Part shown: one piece after another, positions 33,481-35,432 of the stretch
Layout: every line of letters starts with the position of its first letter
Position numbering within the stretch: the stretch's first letter is position 1
IMG/VR virus record: IMGVR_UViG_3300048576_000618
Coordinates: 1-35,432 of that record
Length of the DNA: 35,432 nt
Strand: one strand, 5' to 3'
Source of the DNA: a virus
Lineage: Duplodnaviria > Caudoviricetes
The notes under the pieces: model-generated
What the model saw: the letters and a program-made list of their open reading frames with translations, nothing else
The model's database searches: none
What the model was told of the DNA's origin: nothing
Program-made: the position numbers and the translations under genes

Positions 33481-34224
33481 TTATACTTCAAAAATGGCAA
33501 TGTCTGGTGCGATTTCACGAATAGCTTTTAACTGTTCGTCAATAACGCTATCGCGAAGCGTCTCCATGCTTTCGTTAGCACCAGGAGAAAGAAGCGTAAA
33601 ACCAACCTCACGGCCATCAATGGAGGCGAATGTTTCTACATCGAAAGTTTCTGCAGGTTGTCCTTTGAAAATTGGCATTTGGAGCGAAAACGATTCAGGC
33701 AGGTTTGAATCAACTGTCTGTGTGAACACATCGTTACGATCTCCTTTTTCGGATGCTCCCTGTTCGAGTTTTGCATTTACCTTAGCTTTGAAGTTTTTCA
33801 GATCAGAAACTAACTTCATTGCTACATTTTTATCAGCAAAAAATGACCGGTTCATTTTGATAAACATAGCCAATTCAAACGGAGACCATACCTTTCCGGA
33901 GTTAACCCCAAACTCAACAAATTTCTGGTTGAATTCAAGTTTACCAGTAACGGTTCCACGGGTGTACTCGTCATTTTCACAGATGACAAGTTGAATGGAA
34001 ATTTTGTCCCTGTTGACAATAACATGTGATAGCTTTTGATTTACCTGATTAGGTTGGTCAATGCGCTTCAATAAAAACTCAACAGGAGATTGGATAGTTC
34101 CGCTGATTGATACTCTCACAGGGGCTCTTGGGTCAAGCACTATCGGTGCGTCGCCCTGACGAATGATTACTTCTTGCTGGCCGGGAGCCAGCGTAATGTT
34201 AAATTTTTTTTGTTCTTCTGACAT
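33481..34224 (-). CDS. Conserved hypothetical phage early protein, 247 aa
   Basis: LPE.F.L..PIFKG pattern is reminiscent of DUF2303-like proteins (uncertain). Confidence 0.65.
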   Translation of the reverse strand: MSEEQKKFNITLAPGQQEVIIRQGDAPIVLDPRAPVRVSISGTIQSPVEFLLKRIDQPNQVNQKLSHVIVNRDKISIQLVICENDEYTRGTVTGKLEFNQKFVEFGVNSGKVWSPFELAMFIKMNRSFFADKNVAMKLVSDLKNFKAKVNAKLEQGASEKGDRNDVFTQTVDSNLPESFSLQMPIFKGQPAETFDVETFASIDGREVGFTLLSPGANESMETLRDSVIDEQLKAIREIAPDIAIFEV

Positions 34225-34250
34225 AATAATAAAATTTTGATGGTAAATAA

Positions 34251-34676
34251 TTAACCCTCAGTTCCGGTTATTGGCAATCTGAAGATTGTTGTTTGTCGCT
34301 CTTCTGAAAGTATGCCTCGCTCGTAACGAAGAATACCGGCTTCATCATAAAATCCAACACGACCCGCTTCCTGATCGATGAATTTGTAAAGTTCCTCGTT
34401 AACAAATTCGGATTTCTCTTTGATATTCTTAAGAAGTTTCGAACGATCTTCTTTGAGAGGTTTAAGTTCGTCTTTCAGCGACTTTGTGAGTTCTTTGATT
34501 TGCTCTTCTTTGTCGTTGATTGAAATGTCAGTCTCCGCAAGATCCGTTTTGAACTGGTCGATCTCTTCGACTTCAAAAGGCTTTGTGTAGCCTATTTTCT
34601 CAATACCCGTAGCGTTATCCTCAAGGTATTGTTTACGTTTTTTTTCTGGTATTTCTCCAAAAAGAATTTTTTCCAT
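34251..34676 (-). CDS. Hypothetical coiled-coil protein, 141 aa
   Basis: Intact charged ORF in the early operon. Confidence 0.7.
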   Translation of the reverse strand: MEKILFGEIPEKKRKQYLEDNATGIEKIGYTKPFEVEEIDQFKTDLAETDISINDKEEQIKELTKSLKDELKPLKEDRSKLLKNIKEKSEFVNEELYKFIDQEAGRVGFYDEAGILRYERGILSEERQTTIFRLPITGTEG

Positions 34677-34706
34677 ACAAATTGCGGTTTGTGCCCTGAT
34701 TGGCGG

Positions 34707-35432
34707 TTAATTATTGAAAAATGAAGCAAATAAATTGTTGCCAAATTCACCTTTTGTTAATATGATAATCTCAGAGATTGAGTATTCTTTCTTTTGCTGT
34801 GAAAGTCTGTTTTTAACGAAGTCTTTAGTCCCAAAAGAACAAGCACCTGTGATTATTCGGTAGCATTCTATCGCTTTTTCATATGACAGTTTGCTTTCAA
34901 GAGTCAACGCTTGAAATTCTGATTTATCACGATTTGATATTTTGAATATCAAATCTTCCTTAGCCTCTTTTATAGTATCGCCATGCGAAAACTTTCCATT
35001 TCCATCAGTTACAACAAAAAATTCTTTCTTGCTTCCAATTTTAGAGACTCTATAAACATTTATTTTTTTCTGAATAACATGGACAAACATCCCATCACAT
35101 TTAATGTATTTCTCATTATCCCAAGAAAAAAGGTAGTTATCGGCTTCTATCTTAGAATATTTAGATTCCGTGATCTGCGTTCCTTCAAGGAAGAGAGAGC
35201 CGCCAACGGTAAGGTTATCCGGTAGGGATGTGATCTGCGTTCCTCTAAGGTCGAGATAGCCGCCAACGGTAAGGTTATCCGGTAGGGATGTGATCTGCGT
35301 TCCTTCAAGGTCGAGATAGCCGCCAACGGTAAGGTTATCCGGTAGGGATGTGATCTGCGTTCCTCTAAGGTCGAGATAGCCGCCAACGGTAAGGTACTGC
35401 GGTAGGGATGTGATCTGCGTTCCTGGAAGGTC
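34707..35432 (-). CDS. LRR-like repeat protein (5' end beyond the window)
   Basis: The frame of the 127-aa track ORF stays open to the window edge and reads (LDLRGTQITSLPDNLTVGGY)n followed by a unique C-terminal domain. Confidence 0.85.
   Translation of the reverse strand, partial: DLPGTQITSLPQYLTVGGYLDLRGTQITSLPDNLTVGGYLDLEGTQITSLPDNLTVGGYLDLRGTQITSLPDNLTVGGSLFLEGTQITESKYSKIEADNYLFSWDNEKYIKCDGMFVHVIQKKINVYRVSKIGSKKEFFVVTDGNGKFSHGDTIKEAKEDLIFKISNRDKSEFQALTLESKLSYEKAIECYRIITGACSFGTKDFVKNRLSQQKKEYSISEIIILTKGEFGNNLFASFFNN
35170..35432. repeat. 60-bp tandem repeat, at least 4.4 copies (coding)
   Basis: GTGATCTGCGTTCC...GGTAGGGAT repeats in register on successive 60-nt lines. Confidence 0.97.

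Noticed and set aside
35170-35432. CRISPR array or non-coding repeat, and the 79-aa/80-aa track ORFs over it
   Set aside because: Units are contiguous with no unique spacers and translate as an LRR-like protein in frame with 34707-35090. The track ORFs are shadow frames.

Overview
A 35.4-kb segment of a temperate-type, long-tailed (siphovirus-like) phage or prophage of a Bacteroidetes host. The host is inferred from TAnnTTTG -7 promoter boxes, AT-rich leaders without Shine-Dalgarno sites, and protein families. On the minus strand, reading from the right edge: an LRR-like repeat protein (truncated by the window), replication genes (initiator with internal iterons, loader-like protein), DUF4406-HTH, PAPS-reductase-family protein, RuvC-like resolvase, PD-(D/E)xK nuclease, HD-domain protein, ParB-like protein, small and large terminase, SPP1-type portal, small morons including a GNAT, and a MuF/gp7 head protein with a JAB-like C-terminal extension. 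Then come scaffold, decoration, major capsid, neck, tail tube, chaperones, tape measure, Dit, a large tail-tip protein and a lysis cassette. A ~5-kb plus-strand island (about 16.65-21.74 kb) interrupts the head module. It carries a C5-methyltransferase C-terminal remnant, a DUF4942-type adenine methyltransferase, a lipoprotein and small ORFs. Most notably it holds a ~770-nt densely base-paired unit with no long plus-strand ORF, its own promoter and terminator, and two aberrant tRNA mimics. A 15-bp palindrome (GTATCAC-N-GTGATAC) recurs at 7 gene boundaries or promoters, including the promoter of this RNA. All protein calls come from motif recognition and synteny by eye; no database searches or folding programs were run.
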